In this document: piece after piece, positions 1 to 9,693 of the stretch
Layout: each line of letters starts with the position of its first letter
Numbering within the stretch: position 1 is the first letter of the stretch
Origin: a bacterium
GTDB lineage: Bacteria; Actinomycetota; Coriobacteriia; Coriobacteriales; Coriobacteriaceae
Length of the DNA: 38,814 bases
NCBI GenBank assembly: GCA_963611895.1
Contig: CAVDTO010000002.1
Span: 1 to 38,814, forward strand
Direction of reading: 5' to 3'
Notes under the pieces: generated by a model
What the model was told of the DNA's origin: nothing
What the model saw: the letters and a program-made list of their open reading frames with translations, nothing else
Database searches by the model: none
Position numbers and translations under genes: made by a program

Positions 1-7
1 CCGGAAA

Positions 8-63
8 CAGAAGAACCCCTCGCGCGATTCTGCGAAGCAGCCTGAGCGCGAGGGGCTCTTCTG
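8..63 (-). terminator. Probable intrinsic terminator of the ABC/cytidylate-kinase-like operon
   Basis: 18-bp inverted repeat with 1 mismatch (cagaagaacccctcgcgc / gcgcgaggggctcttctg); T-rich 3' side on the minus strand; ~40 nt past the stop at 103. Confidence 0.6.
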
Positions 64-102
64 TCTCCGGCCCAACAGGGCCGAAGGGGATGCAGCGACG
101 CG

Positions 103-783
103 CTATTCAAGGTCGGCAACCTTGCGGCGGTACGCGGCCGCGATCACGTCCATGCACCCTTCGCGCCCGAGCTTGGCGCGGTTCACCACGATGTCCTTGC
201 CGCTAGCGAGCGTCCACTTGCCGCCCGAGTAGCGCTTGTAGAACGCCTCGCGCGCCTTCTGCTGCTTCTTCACGAGCTTGAGACCCTGCTTCTTGTTGAG
301 GCCGCGCTTGTTGCGCACGATCTCCACGCGGTCCTCGAGCGGGGCGGTCACCAGCACCGAGATGCAGTTGGGGTTGTTGCGCAGCAGGTAGTCCGAAAGG
401 CGTCCCTCGATGATGCAGCTCTCGGTCTCGCCCAGGTCGAGGATAACCTGGCTCATCTTCTGGAACAGCTTGTCGGAGTACGAGCGCGAGTCGTAGCGGT
501 CGGGCAAGAACGCCAGGTTCTCGGCGGCGAGGCTCTCGTCGTAGGCGGCCATCTTGTCGATGGACTCGCCCGAGCGCAGCGACGCACGCACCAACAGCTC
601 GTTGTCGTACAGCGGAATGCCCAGCTCGTTGGCGAGCATGCGGCCGATCTCGTGCCCCTCGGCGCCGAAGTCGCGCGCGATGGTGATGACGACCGGGCCC
701 TCGGCGGCGGCGTCGGCGGCAGCCTTGGCGGCAGCGTCGGCAACGGCGCCCTTCAGGAGGTTGATGCTCTTCTTTCCGATCAT
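103..783 (-). CDS. Cytidylate kinase-like family protein (Cytidylate_kin2 type)
   Basis: ITIARDFGAEGHEIGRMLANELGIPLYD and CIIEGR motifs typical of the family; RBS gaggag upstream. Confidence 0.85.
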   Translation of the reverse strand: MIGKKSINLLKGAVADAAAKAAADAAAEGPVVITIARDFGAEGHEIGRMLANELGIPLYDNELLVRASLRSGESIDKMAAYDESLAAENLAFLPDRYDSRSYSDKLFQKMSQVILDLGETESCIIEGRLSDYLLRNNPNCISVLVTAPLEDRVEIVRNKRGLNKKQGLKLVKKQQKAREAFYKRYSGGKWTLASGKDIVVNRAKLGREGCMDVIAAAYRRKVADLE

Positions 784-889
784 GAGTAAGCTCCTCTCGC
801 GCGGGCGCGCGGCCCACCGCAGTCAATTCTCCTCGATAATAACGACGCCCGCCGCCCATGCGGGCCGCAGGCGCCATCTTGCCTCAACT

Positions 890-1528
890 CTATGCGGCGA
901 CCACACGCCGCTGGTATGCGCGCACGATGAGCGAGATGCCAAAGTTCAGCGCAAAGTACATGGCGAACACCAAGCCGTAGAGCATGAGCACCTGGTTGAG
1001 CTCGAGCGCGTGCGCCATGACCACGTTGGAGGTGTACATGAGCTCGGCCACGTTGATGCCCGAAAGGTACGAGCTATCCTTGATCACCGTGGTGCACTGG
1101 CTAAAGAGCGCCGGGATGATCGCCTTGAAGGTCTGCGGCAGGATGATGTAGCCCATGGTGGCAAAGAAGCCAAAACCCTGGCTGCGCGCGGCCTCGAACT
1201 GCCCGTTGGGCACGCCGTTGAGGCCGCCGCGGACGATCTCGGCCATGACGGCGCTCGTGAACAGCGTGAACGCGATCGTGGAGATCACGATGTCGAGCCC
1301 CTGCACCGTAAAGTAGATGAACAGGATCCACAGCAGGTTGGGCGTGCAGCGGAAGAGCTCGATGTAGGCGCTCACGATGAGGCGGAACGGGCGCGGCGCG
1401 TACGACTTGACGAGCGCCAGGACCGTGCCCAGGATCAGCGAGAAGAAGATCGACAGCGCCGAGATCTGAATGGTCTTTACAAAGCCCCACCAAATGTAGA
1501 GCAGGTTGGTTGCGGAGAAGATTTCCAT
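890..1528 (-). CDS. Polar amino acid ABC transporter permease
   Basis: YIELFRCTP, EAA loop GQFEAARSQG, ILPQ, IKDSS. Confidence 0.95.
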   Translation of the reverse strand: MEIFSATNLLYIWWGFVKTIQISALSIFFSLILGTVLALVKSYAPRPFRLIVSAYIELFRCTPNLLWILFIYFTVQGLDIVISTIAFTLFTSAVMAEIVRGGLNGVPNGQFEAARSQGFGFFATMGYIILPQTFKAIIPALFSQCTTVIKDSSYLSGINVAELMYTSNVVMAHALELNQVLMLYGLVFAMYFALNFGISLIVRAYQRRVVAA

Positions 1529-1532
1529 GGCC

Positions 1533-2279
1533 TTAAGCCTCCTCTACGTTCAGCTGCTCGAGCTCGGGCAGGGCCTTGGCGCGCGGGCGCTCCTTGGAGC
1601 GCTTCTCGAGCCACTGGACCAGCATCGCCAGCGGGAAGCAGATGATGAAGTACATGAGACAGCACACGATGTAGCCCTGCAGGTAGCCGTAGAGCGACAC
1701 GAAGTTGTCGGAGCGGTACATGAGGTCGCCGCCCGCCACGAGGGCGAGCACCGAGGTGTTCTTGACCAGGTTGAGCGCCTGGTTGCAGAGCGGCGGCAGG
1801 ATGATCTTGAACGTCTGCGGCAGCACGATGTAGGCATACGACTGCACGCGCGTGAAGCCCTGGCTCTGCGCCGCCTCCATCTGGCCGCGCGGCACGGCCT
1901 CGATGCCGGTGCGGATGACCTCCGAGATGTAGGCCGCATGGTAGAGGCCCACGCCAAGGAAGCCCAGCACGAACGGCGCGATGCGCACCGGCTCGGCGGC
2001 GCCGGTCAGCGCCTGGAGCGCCTGCGGGCCGGCCATGTACATGAAGAGCACCTGCACGGGCAGCGGGGTGTTCTGGTAGAACTCAACGTACACGCGGCTG
2101 ATGGCGCGCAGGACGCGGCTGCGCGTGGTGGAGAACACGCCGAGCAGCGTGCCGAGCACGAGCGAGAGCAAGAGACCCGCCACCACGACTTCGAGCGTGA
2201 CGGCAAAGCCCTCCCAGAACGGGCCCATGTTGGCGAATGTCGCCGACCAGCGATCGGCGTCGAACAATCCTTCGAGCAT
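1533..2279 (-). CDS. Polar amino acid ABC transporter permease
   Basis: YVEFYQNTP, GQMEAAQSQG, VLPQ, VKNTS. Confidence 0.95.
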   Translation of the reverse strand: MLEGLFDADRWSATFANMGPFWEGFAVTLEVVVAGLLLSLVLGTLLGVFSTTRSRVLRAISRVYVEFYQNTPLPVQVLFMYMAGPQALQALTGAAEPVRIAPFVLGFLGVGLYHAAYISEVIRTGIEAVPRGQMEAAQSQGFTRVQSYAYIVLPQTFKIILPPLCNQALNLVKNTSVLALVAGGDLMYRSDNFVSLYGYLQGYIVCCLMYFIICFPLAMLVQWLEKRSKERPRAKALPELEQLNVEEA

Positions 2280-2303
2280 ATCGATTCCTTCCGGTGGCGG
2301 CGC

Positions 2304-3182
2304 CTACACAAGGCCCCAGGTCTTGACCTCTTTGTCGAGCCAGCCGTCGGCCAGGCGGTCCTGGACCACCTGATCGACCACGGCCGAGAGGTCGCAACCC
2401 TTCTTGGTGGCGACGCCGTAGCCCTGCTCGCCGAACTTGACCTCGGGCTGCAGCAGCTCGACGGTCTCGTTCATGTAGCCGGCGAGCGTGGAGCGGTCCA
2501 TGGCGAACACGTCGATGTTGCCGGCGTCGAGCGAGCTCTTGATGATGGGGTAGCCGCTGAAGGCGCGGAACTCCGGCTTGCAGCTAAAGCCCTCGTCCTT
2601 GATCATCTGCTCGATCAGGCCCTGCGTGGTGGCGCCCTGGCTCACGCCGATGACCCTGCCGTCGAGGTCCTCGATCGTCTTGAAGCCGGAGCGCTTCTTG
2701 ACCATGAGGCCCACGTAGTCGGTGCGGTAGGGCGTGGAGAAGTCCCAGCTGAGCTTGCGCTCGTCGGTGATGGTGTAGGTGGCGGCCACGAGGTCGAGCT
2801 GGTCGTTGTCGATCAGCGGCCCGCGCGTCTTGGGCGTGACGTCGGTGAACTCAACGAGGTCCTTCTTCTTGGCCTCCTTGTAGCTCACGCCGAACACAGC
2901 GGCGGCGATCTGGTAGCACAGGTCGATCTCCATGCCCTGGAACTTGCCGGTGGCCGTGTCGAGGTAGCCGTAGCCCGGGACGTCCTTCTTGACGCCGCAG
3001 TTGAGGTGGCCGCGGCTCTTGATCAGGTCGAGCTTGGAGCCCGACGAACCCGAGCTCGAGCTCGTGCTCGAGGAGCTGGAGTCGCATCCGGCAAGGGCGC
3101 CTGCCCCGCCGAGCGCGAGCGCGCCCAGGCCGCAAAGCTCCAAGAAGCGGCGACGCGAGATTTCGGTGCGAACGTTCTGCAT
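2304..3182 (-). CDS. Amino acid ABC substrate-binding lipoprotein (family 3, Peb1A/Glu-Asp-like) with Tat signal
   Basis: SRRRFL twin-arginine motif, LAGC lipobox, GVKKDVPGYG and ATYTITDER; ATG at 3182 follows GGAGGTG. Confidence 0.9.
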   Translation of the reverse strand: MQNVRTEISRRRFLELCGLGALALGGAGALAGCDSSSSSTSSSSGSSGSKLDLIKSRGHLNCGVKKDVPGYGYLDTATGKFQGMEIDLCYQIAAAVFGVSYKEAKKKDLVEFTDVTPKTRGPLIDNDQLDLVAATYTITDERKLSWDFSTPYRTDYVGLMVKKRSGFKTIEDLDGRVIGVSQGATTQGLIEQMIKDEGFSCKPEFRAFSGYPIIKSSLDAGNIDVFAMDRSTLAGYMNETVELLQPEVKFGEQGYGVATKKGCDLSAVVDQVVQDRLADGWLDKEVKTWGLV

Positions 3183-3197
3183 GCGCAACACCTCCGC

Positions 3198-3929
3198 CTA
3201 GTGCAGGATCTTGGAGAGGAACTCGCGGCAACGCTCGTTCTCGGGGTTATCGAAGAAGTGGTCGGGCGTGCCCTCCTCGAGGATGCGGCCGTCCTCCATG
3301 AAGATCACGCGGTCGGCCACCTGGCGGGCAAAGCCCATCTCGTGGGTCACGCAGATCATGGTGATGTCCTCCTGGGCGAGCTCGATCATGACGTCGAGCA
3401 CCTCCTGGACCATCTCGGGGTCGAGGGCCGAGGTCGGCTCGTCAAAGAGGATGATCGGCTGCTTGGTGCAGAGTGCCCGCGCGATGGCGATGCGCTGCTG
3501 CTGGCCGCCCGAGAGGTTCTGCGGGTACTCGCCGGCCTTGTGAGCCATGCCGACGCGCTTGAGCGAAGCCATGGCGATCTCGGTGGCCTCCTCCTTGCTC
3601 TTCTTCTGCAGCTTGATGGGCGCGAGCGTGAGGTTGCCGAGCACCGTCATGTTGGGGTACAGGTTGAACTGCTGGAACACCATCGAGGAGTACTTGCGCG
3701 CCATCTCGAGGTGGTTCTTCTTGGTGAGCGGGGTTCCGTCGATGATGACGTCGCCCGCCGTGGGCTCCTCGAGGTAGTCGACGCAGCGGATGAGCGTGGA
3801 CTTACCCGAGCCGGACGGCCCGATGATGACGACCTTCTCGCCCTTCTTGACGGTGAGGTCGATGTCTTTGAGCACGTGCAGGTCGCCAAAATACTTGTTG
3901 AGACCCTTGATCTCGATCATATCGGCCAT
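3198..3929 (-). CDS. glnQ: Polar amino acid ABC ATP-binding protein
   Basis: [37 protein letters not shown]. Confidence 0.93.
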   Translation of the reverse strand: MADMIEIKGLNKYFGDLHVLKDIDLTVKKGEKVVIIGPSGSGKSTLIRCVDYLEEPTAGDVIIDGTPLTKKNHLEMARKYSSMVFQQFNLYPNMTVLGNLTLAPIKLQKKSKEEATEIAMASLKRVGMAHKAGEYPQNLSGGQQQRIAIARALCTKQPIILFDEPTSALDPEMVQEVLDVMIELAQEDITMICVTHEMGFARQVADRVIFMEDGRILEEGTPDHFFDNPENERCREFLSKILH

Positions 3930-4196
3930 GGACGGCTTCCTTCCTTACGTTCGTTCGCGGACCATATTGTATGGGCACCATGAACCGGCCACGGTGCGCA
4001 AGGCGGGGCGGCAACAGGGCTGAAACCGTTTTGTTACATTTAGCTTTTCTGCGTGAGCCGCGCGATTTATTCGATAAATATGCCCGCTAACTGGACGATT
4101 AGTCAAATCCATGCGGGCTTATCGACGTTCTATGCACGTTATCACACTAAAGCGCGTGCAGGCCTTTTTCCACACGAAGGCCAGGGGGCGCGACGC

Positions 4197-5831
4197 TCAG
4201 CAGGGCTCAGAAGCCTTGTGGAAGGTCGTCAGAATGGCGGCGCCGGCCAGCACGGCGACCGTGCCGAACGCGAGGGCCGCGGCGTCTTGGCGCACGGCGG
4301 CGTTGTCCTGCGCGAGTTCCTCGGCAGCCGCGCCCTCAACGCCCGCCGCGCTCATGCGCGCCGCGAACGAGGCATCGCCCTCGTAGGTGTAGACGACCTG
4401 CTCGAGCTGCTCACGCGTGGCCTCGCTCACCGCGGTGTTCGCCGAGATGCGCGCATCGAGACCGCTATTCATGGCGATGAGCAAAACCGAGCCCATGGCG
4501 GCCGAGCCGAGCGCCAGCCCGAGGTTGCGCGCGGCTCCCTGGATGCCGCCCGACTGCTGCGCGTCGCGGGCGGGCACGGCGCTCGCCACGATGTTGTTGG
4601 CCTGCGAGTTCACGAGACCCACGCCCACGCCGCCAAAGAGCGTGCCCGCGATCATGACCGGCGTGAGCGCGGTCGCCCGCACGCCGAAGGCCATGCAGAC
4701 GCAGGCCGCGGCGATGCACGCGTAGCCCGCGCGCACGACCGCCCAAGGCTTGAGCTGCGGGAACTTGCGCGGCACGAACATGGCGAGAACGAGCATGGGC
4801 ACGCCCGAGACGATCCCTAAGAGCGCCGTCTGCGCTCCCCCGAGGCCGATCACCAGCTGATAGAACGAAGTGGCCACGATCCCCTGCGCGCCCATGTAGA
4901 AGAACGGCAGCGCGATGGAGACCACACCTGCGCGCACTTGCGCGTTACACGTGAAACTCGAGGGCAGGATCGCTACGCCGCGCGTGCGCTCGCTCGAGCG
5001 CTCGAGCGGGATGAGCACCGCGAGCAGCACGAGGCCCGCGCCGACGATCGGCAGGGCCGGAGAGATGCCGAGCACCGTGAACGGCGCCTGCGGGAGCGGG
5101 TCGAGCACGCCCCACACCGAGATTCGCGAGAGACCGCACATCACGGCAAAGAGGCCGAGCGAGGCCATGGCCGCGCCGGCAAAGTCGAACTTGGCAACGC
5201 GCACGCCGCCCCCGCGCGGCAGCACGGAACTGCCCGCGAGCAGCACGGCAAAGTAGGCCGCCAGCACGCCGAACGTGACCCTAAAGCCGAATGCGTCCAC
5301 GAGCAAGCCGAGCGGGATCGGGATGATGGTGGCGAGTGCCGCCGAGGCCGCGATCACGCCGTAGGCCTGTTTGCGCTTCTCGCCCTCGTAGAGCATGGAG
5401 ACCATGCCGAGCACCGAGGGGATGATCAGGCTCGCGCCCAGGCCAACGGCCAGGCGGCCCACCCAGATGAGCAGCGTGATGTTCGGCGCGAACACGCACA
5501 CGAGCTCGCCCGCGCAGGCGAGCACGAGGCCCGCGCGGAAGTTGCGCACCCAGCCCACGACCATGCCCACCAGGCCGCTCGCCAGCATGAACGTTCCGGC
5601 CATGAGGGAATAGACGGTGCTCGCCATCTGCACGTCGGCGAGCGAGCACGAGAACACGCGCATCATGTCGGCCATCGCAACGGAGAAGGCCCCGTTGTCG
5701 GCCGAGGTGCCGAGCTGCGTGGCCGCCAGCACGAGCAAGGGCAAGAGTCCGGCCGAGGCTCCCGCGGCAGCGCCGTGAGCACCCGCCGAGCCTTTCGAAG
5801 CAGTAACGTTCGCGCTCTTTGCCTCGCTCAC
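4197..5831 (-). CDS. MFS transporter (14-TMS DHA2-like), paralog of 9694-11310
   Basis: Many TM segments; start probably GTG 5831 (or 5840) after gggag; the N-terminal extension in the ORF track looks non-coding. Confidence 0.85.
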   Translation of the reverse strand: MSEAKSANVTASKGSAGAHGAAAGASAGLLPLLVLAATQLGTSADNGAFSVAMADMMRVFSCSLADVQMASTVYSLMAGTFMLASGLVGMVVGWVRNFRAGLVLACAGELVCVFAPNITLLIWVGRLAVGLGASLIIPSVLGMVSMLYEGEKRKQAYGVIAASAALATIIPIPLGLLVDAFGFRVTFGVLAAYFAVLLAGSSVLPRGGGVRVAKFDFAGAAMASLGLFAVMCGLSRISVWGVLDPLPQAPFTVLGISPALPIVGAGLVLLAVLIPLERSSERTRGVAILPSSFTCNAQVRAGVVSIALPFFYMGAQGIVATSFYQLVIGLGGAQTALLGIVSGVPMLVLAMFVPRKFPQLKPWAVVRAGYACIAAACVCMAFGVRATALTPVMIAGTLFGGVGVGLVNSQANNIVASAVPARDAQQSGGIQGAARNLGLALGSAAMGSVLLIAMNSGLDARISANTAVSEATREQLEQVVYTYEGDASFAARMSAAGVEGAAAEELAQDNAAVRQDAAALAFGTVAVLAGAAILTTFHKASEPC

Positions 5832-6013
5832 GTGAATCACCGTCTCCCTATCACGTGGTTGCCGCATATACGGCAAGGAATAATCAAATAACCCCACGTT
5901 CCAATCATAGAAAGACCTTAAGATTGGCTGCATCAGGTCATTTTCCTTATATGCGGCAAAACGCCCGAGCGCGCCCTATCGGCGCGTGAGCGGCACGCCG
6001 GCGGGAGGCACCC

Positions 6014-7855
6014 ATGAGCATCAACCAGCGCCAGGCACAGCTCCTCAAGACCCTGCTCGACGAGCCCTCCTATAGCCCCACGCCCGATGTCGCCCGCGAG
6101 CTCTCGTGCTCGGAGCGCACCGTCCGCAACGACATGCGCGCCACCAACGCCTTCCTCGAGCAGATGGGCATCGCCGCGCGCGTGGAGTCCAAGCGCGGCA
6201 ACGGCATCCGCCTTGCCGGCGACGCCACGCAGCGCGAGCGGATCGGCAGCATCATCAAGGAGCGCGCGCTCGCCATGGACGGCGCGCTCGACCGCTTCTA
6301 CCGCGGCATGCTGCTGCTCACCTGTGACTATCGCCAGAGCTACACCACCGAATCGCTCGCCCGCGCCATACTCACCAACAAGCAGCAGGCCCAAGACGAC
6401 CTGCGCCGCTGGAACGAGCTGCTCACGCCCTTTGGGGCGCAGATCGTGCGCGGCCGCAAGATCAGCATCGAGGGCCCCGAGGAGTACATCCGCTTCTTTG
6501 TGGTCTACTACCTGTTCGAACTCGCCTCCACGGCCATGCGCCGGCGCATCGAGCCGCAGCTCTTTGGCGACAACTGGTCGTTCTTCGAGGAGCTCATCAA
6601 CGATACCGAGGCCGCAACGGGCATCCCCTACACCGACAACGCGCGCCACCAGATAGCCGTCTACCTGCAGCTTTCGGTGCTGCGCGTGCTCAAGGGCCGC
6701 ACCATCACGGGCTATGCCGACGCCGTCCCCGCGCCGTACGAGGCGCTCGCCGACCGGCTGGAGGAGCGCTTTTCGATCGAGCTCTCGGCAAACGAGCGGA
6801 GCGTCATCCGCGACCTGTTCACCGTCTCCACGCGCCGCTGGACGCCCGACTTTCAGCGCGCGTTCGTCCCGACGAGCGAGGCCGCGCAGCTCTCGAGCGC
6901 GCTCTTCGACGCACTTGCCGAGCGCTTTGGCGTGCGGCCCGCGCCCGACCTGGAAAAGCCGGCCGCCGCGCTCATCGAGGCAGGGCTCACGCACCGGCGC
7001 TTCGAGCGGGCCATCGCGCTCCCGCAGGAGAACACCTGGGCCGTGCGCTACGAGAACATGCCGGCGTTCCTGCGCCTCACCGAGGTGTTGCACGACACGC
7101 CGCAGCTCGCGCGGCTCGGCTTTTACCAAACCGACGTCACGCGCCTGGCCATGCTCCTGCTCTCGTACATGGACGGGCTCTCCAACCACGAGCGCTGGAG
7201 CGTGGGCCTTGTGGTCAATTGCGGCATTGAGCAGGTATTTTATGCGCGCAACCGGCTTGAGCGGCTCATGACGTGCATCCGCGTGGAGCGCGTGCTCACC
7301 GACCGCGAGGCCACGGCCGCCGACGCCGTGGCGCTCGAAGGGCTCGACTTCTTGATCTCGTTCGACCCGGTCAAGGTCGACAAGCCGCTCTGCGTGATCG
7401 GCAGCGGCATCGACGAGACCGATCGTGCGCACATCGAGGCGCTCATCATGCGCCTCGGGCGGCCGCGCGCGAGCGAGGGCGAGGCCGCGCTCGAGAACGG
7501 CATGCCCGAGCGCGCGCTCCAGATCGCGCACCCGCGCATGCTCTGCCGGGCGCTCTTTACGGCGCTTGCCGAGGAGGGGCTCTGGAGCGGCTCGCTCGAC
7601 GCGTTCTCCCCCGTCTTTGAGGCGCAGGCGTTCATGCACGGCGACTGGATGATCCTCCCCCTGCACGTGCGGGGCGTGGCCAAAACGGGGGCCGTGCACT
7701 ACAAGACGAGCACCCGCTTTGGATTCACGAGCGAAAAGCTCACCCACGTACTCGTGCTCTGCATCTCGCTCGAAGACGAGCGCGTGCTCACCCCCGTGAC
7801 GCAGCGATTCAGGCTGCTCGCCGAAGAGGCGGGGCTGAGGGCGAGCACGCGCTAG
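6014..7855 (+). CDS. BglG/LicR/MtlR-like multidomain regulator (HTH + Mga-HTH + degenerate PRD/EIIB/EIIA-like)
   Basis: RQAQLLKTLL, VARELSCSERTVRNDM and SKRGNGIRL N-terminal HTH; second HTH ending IEGPEEYIR; RBS ggagg. Confidence 0.8.
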   Translation: MSINQRQAQLLKTLLDEPSYSPTPDVARELSCSERTVRNDMRATNAFLEQMGIAARVESKRGNGIRLAGDATQRERIGSIIKERALAMDGALDRFYRGMLLLTCDYRQSYTTESLARAILTNKQQAQDDLRRWNELLTPFGAQIVRGRKISIEGPEEYIRFFVVYYLFELASTAMRRRIEPQLFGDNWSFFEELINDTEAATGIPYTDNARHQIAVYLQLSVLRVLKGRTITGYADAVPAPYEALADRLEERFSIELSANERSVIRDLFTVSTRRWTPDFQRAFVPTSEAAQLSSALFDALAERFGVRPAPDLEKPAAALIEAGLTHRRFERAIALPQENTWAVRYENMPAFLRLTEVLHDTPQLARLGFYQTDVTRLAMLLLSYMDGLSNHERWSVGLVVNCGIEQVFYARNRLERLMTCIRVERVLTDREATAADAVALEGLDFLISFDPVKVDKPLCVIGSGIDETDRAHIEALIMRLGRPRASEGEAALENGMPERALQIAHPRMLCRALFTALAEEGLWSGSLDAFSPVFEAQAFMHGDWMILPLHVRGVAKTGAVHYKTSTRFGFTSEKLTHVLVLCISLEDERVLTPVTQRFRLLAEEAGLRASTR

Positions 7856-7923
7856 CGGGGCTTGCGTGCGAACAGGTCGAAGCAGCTTCATCACTCTCCC
7901 GCTCCCCTTGCATCCAACTCAAC

Positions 7924-7965
7924 AGAAAAGCCGCGGCCACCACTCCAACGTGGTCGCCGCGGCCT
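7924..7965 (-). terminator. Intrinsic terminator between convergent regulator and amidohydrolase genes
   Basis: Hairpin gccgcggc-accac / gtggt-gccgcggc followed by ttttctgtt on the minus strand. Confidence 0.6.
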
Positions 7966-8067
7966 ATTGAACGTGGTTTGCGAACACAAACGCGATCGGC
8001 ACCTGAGCGCGCTTTCGCACGGCACGAGTCGCCATGCCGTACGGGCCTTGCGCACAACGGTACACGC

Positions 8068-9690
8068 CTACGCGCGGGTCCAGACGGTCTCGCCCTCCTT
8101 GATCGTCTCGAGAACGCGCAGGTCGCGCACCTCGTCGAGCTCGATCTTGAGCGGGTTCTTCTCCAAAATGCAGAGGTCGGCAAGCTTGCCGGCCTCGAGC
8201 GTGCCCTTGCGGTCGAGCTCGCCGTACTGGCTGGCGCCGTTGACGGTGATCGCCTTGAGGCCCTCGTACACGCTGATCTTCTGGTCCTCGTCGAGCTGCT
8301 GGCCGCCCTTGGTCACGCGCTTGGCGGCGCACCACACGGCCTCAAAGAAGTTCGGGCGCAGCACCGGCGTGTCGGTGTGGAACGTGAACGGCAGCCCGCA
8401 CTCGAGCGCGTCGTGGCAGGCCGACACGCGGCCGCCGCGCACCGGGCCGAAATTCTTGAGGTGCACGTCGGCCCAGTACCAGATGTGGCTCGCGAAGATC
8501 GAGGGGATCATGCCGATCTCGGCCATCTGCTCGTACTGGTCGCGGCGCGCGGTCTGGCAGTGGATCATCACCGGGTGCAGCTCGTGCTTGGCCGGGTTGG
8601 GCGAGTCCTCCAGCGCGCGCTTGTACACGCGCAGGTACTGGTCGGCCGCGGCGTCGCCGTTGGTGTGCGCGAGCAGCTGGTGGTTGCCGTCGATCGCCTT
8701 GCGCATGTAGTCGTAGGCGGCCTTGTCGGTCACGGTGCCGTAGCCGCAGTAGCCCTCGCCCTCGTCGCCGGGGGTGTAGGGCTCGGTCATCCAAGCCGTG
8801 CGGCCCTGGGGCGAGCCGTCGAAGAACATCTTGAGCCCGCCGATGCGGAAGTGCCCGGTGTAATCCCGCGACACGAACTCCGCGTGGTCGGTCAGGATCT
8901 TGTCCACGTCCTCGCCGTACATCGGGTAGCTCACCACGTCCATCTTGAGCAGGCCCTTCTTGGCCAGGCCGCAGAACAGCGCGGCGAAGTCGGCCGTGGT
9001 GGCGCCCTCCTGGCAGGTGGTGATGCCGTGCTCCAGATAGACGTCCTGCATCTCGCCGATCATGACGTCCATGTCCATCTTCTGGCGCGGCTGCGTCACG
9101 GCAAAGACGGGCCACATGGCGCCCGGCTCCTCGCAGTAGCCGCTCGGCGTGCCATCGGCCTCGCGGCCATAGCGGCTGCCCTCGGGGTCGGGGGTCTCGG
9201 CGGTGATGCCGGCGAGCTCGAGCAGCTTGGTGTTCGCAACGATCATGTGGCTCGAGGCGTGCACGGCGATGACCGGCGCGGTCTCGCTCACGCGATCGAG
9301 CACGTGGCGGTCGGGATGCTCGTGCTCGGCCAGGGAGTTCTGGTCGTACGAGACGCCCATGATCACGCCGTCGTCGCCGATGCCGCGCTGTGCGGCAAAG
9401 TCGGAGAGGCGCGCAACGATCTCGTCGAAGTCCGCGGCGCCGTTGAGGTCGGCGGCCACGATGTACTGCGTGCAACCCGAGATGTGGCTGTGCGGGTCGA
9501 TGAGGCCGGGCATGAGGCAGTGGCCCTCGAGGTCGATCTCCTCGGCGCCGGCGGCCGCAGCCTGGGTGCGGGCCTCCTCAAGCGATCCGGCGTAGGCGAT
9601 GGTGCCGTCGTCGGCCACAAGCAGGGCCTCGAGCTCGTCGTGCTCGCCCGTCATGGGAACGATGTCGCCGTTGAAGTAGAGCTTGCTCAT
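8068..9690 (-). CDS. Metal-dependent amidohydrolase (YtcJ/Amidohydro_3 type)
   Basis: PGLIDPHSH, LKMFFDGS, AHTNGD, IHCQ, HTD, GTLEAGKLADL motifs. Confidence 0.92.
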   Translation of the reverse strand: MSKLYFNGDIVPMTGEHDELEALLVADDGTIAYAGSLEEARTQAAAAGAEEIDLEGHCLMPGLIDPHSHISGCTQYIVAADLNGAADFDEIVARLSDFAAQRGIGDDGVIMGVSYDQNSLAEHEHPDRHVLDRVSETAPVIAVHASSHMIVANTKLLELAGITAETPDPEGSRYGREADGTPSGYCEEPGAMWPVFAVTQPRQKMDMDVMIGEMQDVYLEHGITTCQEGATTADFAALFCGLAKKGLLKMDVVSYPMYGEDVDKILTDHAEFVSRDYTGHFRIGGLKMFFDGSPQGRTAWMTEPYTPGDEGEGYCGYGTVTDKAAYDYMRKAIDGNHQLLAHTNGDAAADQYLRVYKRALEDSPNPAKHELHPVMIHCQTARRDQYEQMAEIGMIPSIFASHIWYWADVHLKNFGPVRGGRVSACHDALECGLPFTFHTDTPVLRPNFFEAVWCAAKRVTKGGQQLDEDQKISVYEGLKAITVNGASQYGELDRKGTLEAGKLADLCILEKNPLKIELDEVRDLRVLETIKEGETVWTRA

Positions 9691-9693
9691 GGC

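Noticed and set aside
2304..3182. Tat signals on amino-acid binding lipoproteins as a novelty
   Set aside because: Tat-type lipoprotein signals are common in Actinobacteria
4021..4038. GlnR-like or cre-like site upstream of glnQ (tgaaaccgttttgttaca)
   Set aside because: Partial match to several motifs but spacing or order is wrong; single occurrence
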